Assembly (NCBI GenBank): GCA_964016885.1
Contig: OZ024740.1
Coordinates: 141,918,001-141,982,000, forward strand
Origin: Eledone cirrhosa
Lineage: Eukaryota
DNA: 64,000 nucleotides
Direction of reading: 5' to 3'
This document shows positions 25,961 to 37,095 of this stretch, piece by piece. The translations under genes and the position numbers were made by a program. Positions within the stretch are counted from its first letter, which is position 1, and every line of letters begins with the position of its first letter. Under the pieces are notes generated by a model. It was given only the letters and a program-made list of their open reading frames with translations, made no database searches and was not told the origin of the DNA.

Positions 25961-28900
25961 CTACAGGATGGTATACAGAGAAGGCCCATTTACACGAGCC
26001 ATTCTCGCCACTATCACCCACCTTTCATAAAACTGCCTGTGGCCAAGCACCTCTCTCTCCATTCTTATCCTTCTTCCGAAGTGATATCGGTAGAAGTAGA
26101 CCAGACTATGGCCAGAGAGGAAGTTGCCTGACCTCAGACCTTTCAATCGTGTCCACCAAACAACCTCTTTCAACATGGCTATTACGCACAGAAAAACCGC
26201 CTTTGCTTCCTTTGTGAAGAGGGGAGGCGGTTTGATTGTCATCACGGACTCGGCGGTCAATTTAATCGGCGCCACCCGCGACAGCAGTCGTTCGGCGTAG
26301 CCCCACAGATCAGCCACGCCCGGACATTGCACCAATGCGTGCGCAACGGTTTCTTCGTGACGCACGCATCTAGGGCAAATCTTTTTTGAGGGATCCCTGC
26401 CCGGGCGCCCGTGTCTGTAGAGCCTCTCTCGAACGGGTAGAGCCCCCCGGTAGCACTGCCAGGCCAGTGACTTCTGGAAGTTGTCCATTGGTCCTGGGCC
26501 GAAAGTCCTACCGAACAGGCTGGCCAGTTCGTCTTCTTCCATGTCCAGCGACGCTCCAAGGGTGTCATCGCCCCTGCTAGCCACCAGCCCTCTATAGAAT
26601 GATGAGGTGGATTCTCCACCGATGGCCTGGCCCGCTTGCCAGAGAGCCCTGAGCGCCTGAGCACACTCAGTGTGCCAGTCTCCCAGTTTTCCGGATCTTT
26701 GCTTGACCCAGGACTGTAGCTCGGTGAGCGAGACGAGTCTGGGAAAGGCTCGTTTCACGAACGGAGCCCACACCGGTTGACCAGTGAGGAATACCTGTAG
26801 GTGCCGTAGCCTTAATGCGTGCCTACGCATCATCAACCACGGCATCCCCAGCCCTCCTTTCGAAGGTTGTTGGCAGCAGATGGATCTTCTCACCATAGGA
26901 GGACGCTTCTGCCAAAGAAATTGGAAGAGCATGCGTTCCATGGTGGTGAGTGTTTCCTTAGGGCAAGGCACGACAGTCAGGCGGTAGTAAGTGACGGACG
27001 CTATGTAAATGTTCGCCACCTCCGCCCGGCCTTTTAGGGACAGCTTACACTTGGCCCATTTCTGGGTTAGTGCAAACACCTTGTTCGTAACCTCGTTCCA
27101 GTTCTTTTCCACCTGGAGGTCCGGTCCAAACCAGACCCCAAGCAACTTTACCGGGCCCTCCGTCCAGTGTCCGACGACACCGTCAGGAGGCATCGGTCTG
27201 CCTCTCCACGTTCCGAGTTGCAGCCCGATGGATTTTTCCCGGTTCAGTTTCGCTCCTGACAACCTTTCGTACTCCTCCAGTAAGGTACCGATCGCCTCGA
27301 TCTCCGAGTCGGTTGATACCATTACTGTTACGTCATCGGCGTAGGCCGACACCGCTTTGCTCAATCCTGGTTCCAGGGGGATACCCTGCAACAACTCCAA
27401 CTTCCTCAGTAAAGGCTCGAGAGTCAATACGTACAGAAGGGAGGAGAGAGGGCACCCCTGTCGAATGGATCGTGTGATTTCGAACGGCTTCGAAAGGTAG
27501 CCGTTCACCTTGATCCTAGAACAGATGTGGTTGCCATGTAGGGCAGTGATCCAGCCTCTGAAAACAGGACCGAACCCAGCCGCCGCTAGCACCGCATCCA
27601 GGTAACCATGGTCGACCCTATCGAAGGCCTTAGACTGATCCAAGTTGATCAGGGCCCCACCGAAGCCGGGTTTGTTGCCAACCCTCTCTATGATGTATCG
27701 CATGAGGTGGAGGTTATCGTGAATGGACCTGGATGGGATAGCACATGTCTGCGCATCTCCCACCAGGCCACCCACGACAAGCGCCAACCTCTTTGCTAAC
27801 ACCTTGGCCAAAATCTTTAACTCTGTGTTTAGCAGGGTTATGGGCCGAAAATGATTTATACTATCCCCCTTGTTCTCGTCCTTCCTCACCAGCGTGACTA
27901 CGCCCTTGGCTACAGAACAAGGAATTCTCCCGTTCTGCTGCCAATTGCAGTAGACCGCTTCGAGGAGTTCGGAGAAGAAGACCGGCATTGCTAAATAAAG
28001 TTCGTAAGGTATACCATCGAGACCTGGAGATTTGCGTCTGCTGCATTGGCTCAGCGCATCTCCGATCTCATCAGCCGAGATTGGTCCCTCGCAGGACTCT
28101 ACCTCTTCGTTCGAGAGACGCGGCAGGCCGTCGAGGTATGGACCGAAATCCACGCCCCCGCCCGGACCCTCGCCTCCCCCGAACAATCGGGCAAAGTGCC
28201 TTTGAAAGGCCTCGCACATCTGCTTAGGCTCCCGGATCACCCGTCCATCTTCGTCTTGCAACGACCGGATGGTGGATCGATTTCCACTCTTAGCTTCTGT
28301 CACGCGGGCCCATCCAACGGCTTTGGCCCCCTCATTACCTAGAGCACGTATTTTACTTCGAATGACGCAGCCTTCGTGCTTTGCATCGAAAAACTGGTTC
28401 AAGGCCGTCCTCGATGCCAGCACTCTGGCCACATCTTCGCTCTTGATTGCCTCTTCTAATTTACCTGTTAATTCTTTCTCGTTTCTATTCCTATCGGCAG
28501 CTAACATCTTGCTATAACTTATTGATTCTGTTCTAATCTCTCTTTTGAGAGATGCCCACCATCGGTTGTTGACGATTGCACCCGTCAACCTCTCCTTAAC
28601 TAATCTGCTAATCCGGTTTCTGTAAGTCTCTTTTGCCGGTAAAGACAAATTAAGTTTCCAGTAACCGGGACCCTGTCTATGTGTTTTCTCGAGATTGACC
28701 ACGCAGGTCACTAATTTGTGATCCGTGTAGCCAACCGTGCGCATTTCTGGACAGCTTAATATGTCCCTATCCTTACTTCTAACTAAGAATCTATCTAAGT
28801 ACGATCTAGATTGACCACTGTGGTTTCTCCAAGTCCAGGTAGGCACAGTTGGAAAATCTAGTCGATATCTATCGACCAAGTTAAAACGGTCGAGTAACCC

Positions 28901-29399
28901 CTTGAGGCTGTTACACCCCCCCTCTATTAGGACATGCTCCTGCATAGTCCCAACGTGCATCCAGGATGTCATTCCAATCCCCCGCTAGAAGCAGGGAACG
29001 CGACGTTCCCAGAAAAGTCTCCAAACGCTGGAAGAAGTCGGGCCGTTCAGCTCCGAAAGGGGAGTAGACGGCGACCAGTCTCAAGGCCGCACTTTCACTA
29101 CTGCCAACGTCTAGCACCAACAAACGACCCTCCGGGTCCGAGTGCACAACCTGTACGGCAAGACCCAGGTGTTTTTGCAGCAGTACGACAACCCCACCCC
29201 CACCTCCAGGTTGATAGAGAGATGCATGCACCTCAAAGTCATCGAAGGTGGGGGCCAGCTGCCGCACGACGCTGATTCGAGTCTCACAGATAACCATTAC
29301 ATTTATACTACATGACCTGAGGTCATTTAGAAGCTTTGCTTGCTTCCAAGTTGAGCCCAGGCCACGTGCATTCAAACATCCTACTCTTAACACATCCAT
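25961..29399 (-). CDS. Element B ORF2 (APE + RT + CCHC zinc finger); single frameshift at a G7 run (28916-28922)
   Basis: Track ORFs 28911-29399 and 25961-28972 join into an A-like ORF2 if G7 is read as G6. Confidence 0.9.
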
Positions 29400-29432
29400 G
29401 TGGGCGGCAGAGCCAAAGGAGAGTGTAGAGAC

Positions 29433-31333
29433 CTACCTTTCCGCTTCCCGGGGTTCGGGTTGCACGACTTCCATGGGTCGGGGGTGTTGGGTGAAGGGGT
29501 GTCTTGTGGTGGTGTGGGGTCGTCAGTGTGTGGTGGGGTTGGGGTGTTTGGAGTTGTGTTGGGGAGGGGAAGGGGAGGGGGAAAGCTTTTTAGTAGGACG
29601 CGGTTTATGGGTTTGACAGAGGGTGGTCCTACGTCCTCCTTAAAATCCTTTTTTAGTTTTTGGTAGAGGTTCATTGGGATCTTTATTAGTTTTAAATGTG
29701 GGTAGTTTTCTGAAGAAACAAAGTTTACACCTTCGGTTTGTACCGAAGGATTATTGTATATGAGCTCATTTAATTTATTATTGTTTCTGTTGATGTAAGT
29801 ATAGTGTAATGTCTTTTTTTCCGATGGTGTGAGTGTTTCGAAGAGGGGAGGGGCAGGTTTGGTTTTGTTTGTTGCTGGAGGGGTGTTTTATGTTTTGTTG
29901 GATTGTGTTGAGATTTGGGTGGGGGTTGTTTGTCCTCGTGTGTTTTGCACATGTTTTCTTTTTTTCCTTTTAATCTGTCTGAAGGACTCCGTTTCTTCCT
30001 CCGAATTCGTTGGGTTATCTTCAGTGTTGGAGGGAAGAGGTATGTTTGCTGGTAATGTTTCCGTGTTGGTTTTCTTTGTGGGGGAGATGGATGTCACTAT
30101 GTTAGACTGTGTTGTGTGTTGTGTCTGCGGTGGTTGTGTTGTTTTATTGAGTGAGAGGTTGGGTGGGCCTGTATTTTGTTTTGGGGTAATGTGTTGTGAC
30201 TGTTTGTGTTGTGGTGGTGTTGTGGTTTTACTGAGGGACGGGTTGGGTGGGACTGAGTTTTGTTGTTTGTTTATCTGTTGTGGTGGTGGTGGTGGAGCTG
30301 GTGTTGGTAGCAGGGTTTTCTTTTTGTTGAGTTGGGGACAAGCGGCCTTCAGGTGCCCTCTGCCTGCACAGATGTGGCAGGACGGCCTTCTCCCCTCCAC
30401 GCTAATGTTTATATACCCGTGGTCCTCTAATAGGATTCTGTCGGGTATTTGGGCGATGCGTTCAGGCTTCATTTGTACTACCAGCTCTATACCTGTTCCA
30501 CTGAACGCATTGCCTGTGGTTTTCCCAATGGAAATCACGTTGTCATTCACTGGATCGATGAAGCCAGCTATGAGCCAGCAGTAGTCCACATCTGGCATCA
30601 TTGGATCCAGCCATATGCGTTGAGTTCTTTTCCCCATATAAGATGGATAAAAGGTGAAATTTTTCGAACGAATCGGTGACAAAGTACATTTTTTTGCCGC
30701 CGATTCGTTCTTCATGATAATTGCTAGGCTTCCATACAGTCTGTCTTTTCTTATGAAAGTGGTTTCATTAAGTACTTCTGTGAGTACTGTTTTGATATCT
30801 GCTTGAGAAGGCTGTTCAGGTTTTTTTGTACTGTTGTTGATGGTCCGAAACTTGACCGTTCGGCTTTCAATGTTTTTCGTGAATTCTTGAGGCATTTTTA
30901 CCGATAAAATACCATTCTCTCCTTCACTTATGTATTGTTTGGCGTCCGTGATCCTTCGTACCACATCTGAAATGTTTTCCGCTATATAAGTCAAAGATTT
31001 CTTTGTTTTCTGTGCAAATGAAATCTTGTCGTCTGCTTTGTTTTCTGATATGGTGTTATTTTCAAATGTTATTTTTGTGTTTGTTGTGTCTTTGTTTGTG
31101 TTATTAGTATTGTCATGCAATTTTTCAAATTTTTTTTTTTCGTTGTTGGAATCCAAGTCCAGATTTGTGTTTTCGTCATTTTTTTTTTTCTCCGCAGATT
31201 CGTCTGTTTTTATTTTAATTTTTCCTTCCTTCTCTATGACGTTAGTTGGGAAGGAAGGGGGGACTAAAGCGTGCGAGCTTACAACTCTTACCGCTGTCCC
31301 CCCACCACTATTTTCGTTCGCTGCGTTTAACAT
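29433..31333 (-). CDS. Element B ORF1 (gag-like with CX2CX4HX4C knuckle); stop and frameshifts in 3' third
   Basis: 481-aa ORF with CHICAGRGHLKAAC. Downstream frames give FKEDVGPP..PINRVLLK and PMEVVQPEPREAER-stop, matching A. Confidence 0.82.
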
Positions 31334-31565
31334 TTCTGTTAGACGATTGAAATTTTTTACACAAAATTTTTTAAAACAGGTTTTTCACCTCTAGGAGGGG
31401 TAAAGATGAGCTGACCCACCGCCTGACAGTTCAGACGGAGGGTCAAGCTACACAATTGTATCAAAATTAAGTTTGAACTCACAAAATTTCCTCAATGAAT
31501 TTGAACAAAACTTCTGTGCGAAGTGAATGACATCCACACTGTAGAACAGACGACAGCTAGATTTT

Positions 31566-31586
31566 GATAGATAGATAGATAGATAT
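31566..31586. repeat. (GATA)5 at the A/B junction
   Basis: Seen directly. Confidence 0.95.
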
Positions 31587-31849
31587 ATTTCTTTTATTTG
31601 CCACTAGGGCATCAAAAGTGGGACAAGTACAAAGGGGGGAGTTTACACAAAAAGGCGTCCTCAATAAGGAGGAGGCAATAACAAAATATAAAAATAAAAT
31701 AAGATATAACAAAAAATAAAATTTTTAACAAAATCCTCAATAGAGAGGAGGCGCCTTGGGGGGTCGCACACACCCCCGAAAAAAGTGTGCAACCCTTCTC
31801 CTCAGGAGCACAGAGAAGGGGTGCTCCCTTGGTCTTTCATCTTCCTCAC

Positions 31850-34800
31850 CTATAGTCTGATGTAGAGTGAAGGCCCATTCACACGGGCCATTCTCGCCAC
31901 TTTCACCCATCTTTCATAGAAACGGCTGGGGTGCAGCACCTCTCTCTCCATCCTGATCCTTCTTCCGAAATGATATCGGAAGAAACGGACCAGTTGTTGG
32001 CCAGAGAGAAAGGTGCCCGACCTCAGTCCTTTCAGACGCGTCCACCATACAACCTCTTTCGCCATGGCTATTACGCACAGAAACACCGCCTCTGCTTCAT
32101 CTTTGAAGGGGGGAGGCGGCTTGATCATTACAATAGACTCGGTGGTCAACCGGATCGGTCCCACCCTTGACAGCAGTTGTTCGACATAGCCCCACAGATC
32201 GGCTACGCCCGAGCAGTGTACTAATGCGTGTGCAACGGTTTCCTCGTCGCACACGCATCTGGGACAGATCTTTTTGGCGGGGTCCCTACCCGGGCGCCCG
32301 TGTCTGTAGAGCCTTTCTCGAACGGGTAAAGCCCCTCGGTAGCACTGCCAGGCCAGGGACTTCTGGAAGTTGTCCATAGGTCCCGGGCTGAATGTCCTAC
32401 CGAAAAGGCTGGCCAGTTCGTCCTCCTCCATGTCTAGGGCTTCTCCGAGGGCGTCGTCGCACCTGCTGCGTACCAGCCCTCTATAGAATGTTGCGGTGGA
32501 GTCTCCACTGATAACCGGATCCGCCTGCCAGAGGGCGGTGAGCGCCTGGGCACACTCAGTGTGCCAGGCGCCCAGTTTTCTCGGTCTTTGCTTGACCCAG
32601 GATTGCAGCTCGGTGAGTGAGACGAGTCTGGGAAAGGTTCGTCTCACAAACGAGGCCCACACCGGTTGTCCGGTGAGGAATACGTAGAGGTGCCGTAGCC
32701 TTAATGCGTGTTTACGCATCATTAGCCACGGCATCCCCAGCCCTCCTTTCGAAGGGTGTTGACAGCAGATGGATCTCCTCACCATAGGAGCCCGCCTCTT
32801 CCAAAGGAATTGGAAGAGCGCGCGCTCCATCTTGGTGAGGGTTTCCCTTGGGCAGGGCACTACGGTCAGGCGGTAGTAGATGACGGACGCTATGTAGGTG
32901 TTCGCCACCTCCGCCCGACCTTTCAGGGATAGTTTGCAACTGGCCCACTTCTGGGTCAGTGCAAACACTCTGTTCGTAACCTCCGCCCAGTTTTTCTCCA
33001 CCTGGAGGTCCGGTCCGAACCAGACCCCGAGCAACTTCACCGGGCCCTCCGTCCAGCGTCCGACGACGCTATCGGAGGGCATCGGTCTGCCCCTCCACGT
33101 GCCGAGTTGCAAACCGATCGACTTGTCCCGGTTCAGCTTAGCCCCTGTGAACTTTTCGTACTCCTCCAGTAAGGTGCCGACCGCCTCGATTTCGGAGGCC
33201 GTCGACACCATTACTGTCACGTCATCGGCGTAGGCCGACACCGCTTTCCGCAATCCCGGTTCCAAAGGGATGCCCTGCAACAACTCCAACTTCCGCAGTA
33301 GTGGCTCGAGAGTCAATACATACAGAAGGGAGGAGAGAGGGCACCCTTGTCGGATGGACCGCGCGATTTTGAACGGCTCCGAGAGGTAGCCGTTCACCTT
33401 GACCCTAGAGCAGATGCGGCTGCTGTGCATAGCAGTGATCCAGCCCCTGAAAACGGGTCCGAAGCCTGCCGCCGCTAGCACCGCATCCAGGTAACCATGG
33501 TCGACCCTATCGAACGCCTTAGATTGATCCAAGTTGATCAGAGCCCCACCAAAGCCGGGTTCGTTCCCAACCCTCTCTATGATGTATCGCATGAGGTGGA
33601 GGTTGTCATGGATGGACCTGGACGGGATAGCGCATGTCTGCGCATCTCCCACCAGGTTGCCCACGACAAGCGCCAACCTCTTTGCTAGCACCTTGGCCAA
33701 AATCTGTAACTCTGTATTTAGCAGTGTTATGGGCCTGAAGTTACTTATTTCGTCCCCCTTGTTCTCGTCCTTCCTCACTAGCGTGACTACGCCCTTGGTC
33801 ACAGTACAGGGAATTCTCCCGTTCTGTTGCCAGTTGCAGTAGACCGCCTCGAGGAGATCGGGGAACAAGTCCGGCATAGCTAGATATAATTCGTAAGGAA
33901 GACCATCGAGACCCGGGGATTTGCGTTTGCCGCATTGGCTCAGCACGTCCTCTATCTCAGCGGCCGAAATCGGCTCCTCGCAGGACTTCGCCTCCCTGTC
34001 CGAGAGGCGCGGCAGGCCGTCGAGGTATGGACCGAAGTCCACGTTCCCAACCGGCTCCCCGCCCCTCCCGAACAGTCGGGCAAAGTGCCTTTGAAAGGCC
34101 TCACACATCTGCTTAGGCTCAAGAATCGCCCGTCCATCCAGGTCTCGCAAAGACCGGATGGTGGATTTAGTTCCACTGTTGGCCTCTGTCACGCGGGCCC
34201 AGCTAACAGCTTTGGTCCCCTCGTTCCCTAGAGCACGTATTTTACTTCGGACAACGCAGCCTTCGTGCTTCGCGTCGAAAAACTGGCTCAAAGCCGTTCT
34301 CGACGCTAGCACTCTGGCCACGTCGCCGCTTCTAATTGCCTCTTCTACTCTATCTATTAGCTCCCTTTCCTTCCTATTCCTATCCGCAGCTAGAACCTTA
34401 CTAAATTCTATCGAGACTACTCTAATCTCTCTCTTTAGAGATACCCACCACCTGCTGTTGACGATCGCTCCAGTCAACCGTTCCTTAACTAACGTACTAA
34501 TCCGATTCCTGTAGGCTCTACTTGCCGGCAAGGACAAGTTGAGCTTCCAGTAACCGGGGCCCTGTCTATGAGTTCTGTCAAGGTTGACCATGCAGGTCAC
34601 TAATTTGTGGTCTGAATAGCCAACAATGCGCATTTTTGGACAACTTAAAAAGTCCTTATCCTTAATTCTAACTAAGAACCTATCTAGGTACGACCTAGAT
34701 GATCCGCTACGATTTGCCCAAGTCCAGGTTGGCGCAGTCGGAAAATCTAGTCGATATCTATCGGCCAGGTCAAATCGACCGATTAACCCTTTGAGGCTAT

Positions 34801-35287
34801 TACACCCCTCTCTATCGGGGCAGGCCCCTACGTAGTCCCAGCGTGCATCTAGGATACCATTCCAGTCCCCCACTAATAGCAAGGAGCGGGACGTCCCTAG
34901 AAAAGTCTCCAGACGATGGAAGAAGTCCGGCCGCATTGACCCGAAAGGGCCGTAGGCGGCTACCAACCTAAACGCTCCGCCTTTACCACTGCCAAGGTCC
35001 AGAACCACTAGTCGACCCTCCGGGTCCAAATGTACCATCTGTGTTGCGAGACCCAGATGTTTTTGCAGCAGAACGACAACTCCACCCCCACCTCCAGGCT
35101 GACAGAGAGATGCGTGCATCTCAAAGTCATCAAAGGTGGGGGCCAGCTGTCGCACGTTGCTGATCCGGGCCTCGCAAATAACCATCACATCTATACGTTG
35201 TGACCTGAGGTCATTTAGAAGCATTGCTTGCTTCCAAGTTGAGCCCAGGCCACGCGCATTTAAACAGCCTACTCTTAGCATAGCCAT
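31850..35287 (-). CDS. Element A ORF2, intact, 1145 aa from the ATG at 35287: APE endonuclease, reverse transcriptase, C-terminal zinc finger
   Basis: APE motifs GCLNARGL, ICE, GDWN, SYLDR, SDHK. RT motifs SPGLDG, RPITLLN, DQSKAFDRV, RQGCPLS, YADD. Zinc finger CPRC..EETVAHALVHC. Confidence 0.97.
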   Translation of the reverse strand: MAMLRVGCLNARGLGSTWKQAMLLNDLRSQRIDVMVICEARISNVRQLAPTFDDFEMHASLCQPGGGGGVVVLLQKHLGLATQMVHLDPEGRLVVLDLGSGKGGAFRLVAAYGPFGSMRPDFFHRLETFLGTSRSLLLVGDWNGILDARWDYVGACPDREGCNSLKGLIGRFDLADRYRLDFPTAPTWTWANRSGSSRSYLDRFLVRIKDKDFLSCPKMRIVGYSDHKLVTCMVNLDRTHRQGPGYWKLNLSLPASRAYRNRISTLVKERLTGAIVNSRWWVSLKREIRVVSIEFSKVLAADRNRKERELIDRVEEAIRSGDVARVLASRTALSQFFDAKHEGCVVRSKIRALGNEGTKAVSWARVTEANSGTKSTIRSLRDLDGRAILEPKQMCEAFQRHFARLFGRGGEPVGNVDFGPYLDGLPRLSDREAKSCEEPISAAEIEDVLSQCGKRKSPGLDGLPYELYLAMPDLFPDLLEAVYCNWQQNGRIPCTVTKGVVTLVRKDENKGDEISNFRPITLLNTELQILAKVLAKRLALVVGNLVGDAQTCAIPSRSIHDNLHLMRYIIERVGNEPGFGGALINLDQSKAFDRVDHGYLDAVLAAAGFGPVFRGWITAMHSSRICSRVKVNGYLSEPFKIARSIRQGCPLSSLLYVLTLEPLLRKLELLQGIPLEPGLRKAVSAYADDVTVMVSTASEIEAVGTLLEEYEKFTGAKLNRDKSIGLQLGTWRGRPMPSDSVVGRWTEGPVKLLGVWFGPDLQVEKNWAEVTNRVFALTQKWASCKLSLKGRAEVANTYIASVIYYRLTVVPCPRETLTKMERALFQFLWKRRAPMVRRSICCQHPSKGGLGMPWLMMRKHALRLRHLYVFLTGQPVWASFVRRTFPRLVSLTELQSWVKQRPRKLGAWHTECAQALTALWQADPVISGDSTATFYRGLVRSRCDDALGEALDMEEDELASLFGRTFSPGPMDNFQKSLAWQCYRGALPVRERLYRHGRPGRDPAKKICPRCVCDEETVAHALVHCSGVADLWGYVEQLLSRVGPIRLTTESIVMIKPPPPFKDEAEAVFLCVIAMAKEVVWWTRLKGLRSGTFLSGQQLVRFFRYHFGRRIRMEREVLHPSRFYERWVKVARMARVNGPSLYIRL

Positions 35288-35311
35288 GTTGGTGGTGAAG
35301 AGAAAAGGCAC

Positions 35312-37095
35312 TTACCTCTCTGCGTCCCGGGTATCGGGCTGCACAATTTCCATTAGGGTGGGGGATGGGTTGTTGGGTGGGGTGGTGGTTTGTGGAAGTG
35401 TGGGGGCATCAGTGTGTTGTGTGGTTGGGGAGCTTGGAGTTGTGAGGGTGTTTGGGGAGGGGGTGGGATAGTTTTTTAGGAGGACTCGGTTAATGGGCCC
35501 GACGCAGGGGGGACCCACGTCCTCTTTAAAATTGTTTTTTAAAGTTTTATAGGTGTCCTGTGGGGCCTTAATCATTTTGAGGTGGGGGAAATCCCCTGCC
35601 TGGGTGAAGTTAGGCCCTTGTGTTTTTATTAGATTGTTGTTGTACACAATGTTTAACAGTTTTTTGTTTCTTGTATTTATGTATGTGTATGCATGTTTTT
35701 GTTTTTGTGTGGTGTTTTTTGTTTGCTGTTGAGAGCTCTTTTGTGTTGGTGTCAGTGTTATGTTTTGGGGAGGGGTTTTTTTCATTTGTGTGTCTGAGGT
35801 GTGTTTTCTTTTTTTTCTTTTGATTGTGTGGAAGTGCTCCTCCTCGTCTGACGACGAACTAGGGTCATCTTCCGCGTTGGAGGGGAGGGGTATATTTTCG
35901 GGTTGTGTTTGCGGTACGGGTGTTTTGGAAATTGTTTTTGTTTTTTGAGTGGAGGGGATGGGTTGGACATTGTTTTGTTTTGGTTTGAGCTGTGGTGGTT
36001 GTTTTTGTAGTGGTTGTTGTGGTGATTGTGTTGGTTGTGCAGTTGTTGGTGGTGTGGGCAGGATTGGGGTTTTCTTATTAAGTTGGGGACAGACAGCCCT
36101 CAGGTGACCTCTGGTTCCGCAGAGGTAACACGAGGGCCGTCTACCCTCAACGGTAATGTTGATGAAGGTTAGATCATCCAGTATGACGCGTTCAGGGATC
36201 TGGGCGATCCTTTCGGGCCTCATTTGAACTACAAGTTCGAGGCTCGTTCCACTGAACGCGTCACCCGATGCCTTTCCCATGGACACCAGCATGTCATCCT
36301 CCAGGTCCAGAAAACCTGTCAAAACCCACCATATGTCCATAATCGGCAGGATGGTGTGGATTTTTATTTTTTGTGTTCTTCTACCCATGTACGTAGGGTA
36401 GAAGGTGTATGCGGTGGATGTGATTGGTTTGATGGACAGTTTCACTGCTGTGTCCCTGTCCTTCATGAGAATGGATAGACTCCCGTAGAGTCTATCCTTC
36501 TGAATGAAGGTGATGTCCTTCATGACGTCTTTTAAAACCAGCTCTATCTCGCTCTGTGATGGTTGAGCTGGTTTTTTACTTTTGTTCGAGATTGTCCTAA
36601 ACATGACCGTGTTTAGGAGTCTCTGGCTTTTTAGTTCCGGGGGGGAATGGATTGTGAATGAACCATTTTCCCCGTACACTATATATTTTTTTTCGCATCC
36701 GCCAGTAGCTCCTTCGCTTTTGTTATATCTACTGGCAGATAGTCGAGGGTTTTCCTTGTCGTCTCGGCGAAGGAGAAATTTTGTTTGTTTGTGTTGTTGT
36801 TGTCGTTGGTGGTGTTGTTGTTATCATTGTTGTTGTTGTCACCGTTATTGGTCTTGTTGTTGTTATTGTTATTGTTATTGGTGTTGTTTTCTACCGTCGC
36901 ATTGTTGTTGTTGTTGCTGTTGGTTCTTTGGGTTGTTGCCATGGTAACGTCAAGTTGTCGGTTAACAGGTGGAGAGAATTCTTCCTCTGGCTGACCTATC
37001 TTCTTGACCTCTGCTACTGTGACAGTGGCAGGGGGAAGCTGTAAGTTCATCTTCCCCTTTCCTCCTTCGAATTTTGGTGAAGAAGCTTCGGCCAT
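35312..37095 (-). CDS. Element A ORF1 (Asn-rich N-terminus, conserved core, CCHC knuckle); one frameshift at an A8 run (36686-36693)
   Basis: ORFs 36679-37095 and 35312-36679 join as ADAKKYIVYGENG (B: TDAKQYISEGENG). Knuckle CYLCGTRGHLRAVC. Confidence 0.88.

Larger units (their letters stand above)
25745..31565 (-). mobile_element. Full-length L1/Tx1-clade LINE element B (about 5.8 kb)
   Basis: 5'UTR, ORF1, ORF2 and a 3'UTR ending AATAAAGAAAT, with (TATC)n on both sides. Confidence 0.96.

Noticed and set aside
21271-35471. Recurring plus-strand ORFs (e.g. MFATSARPFRD at 21271, 27009, 32898)
   Set aside because: Antisense shadows of conserved ORF2 codons, mostly with non-ATG starts.
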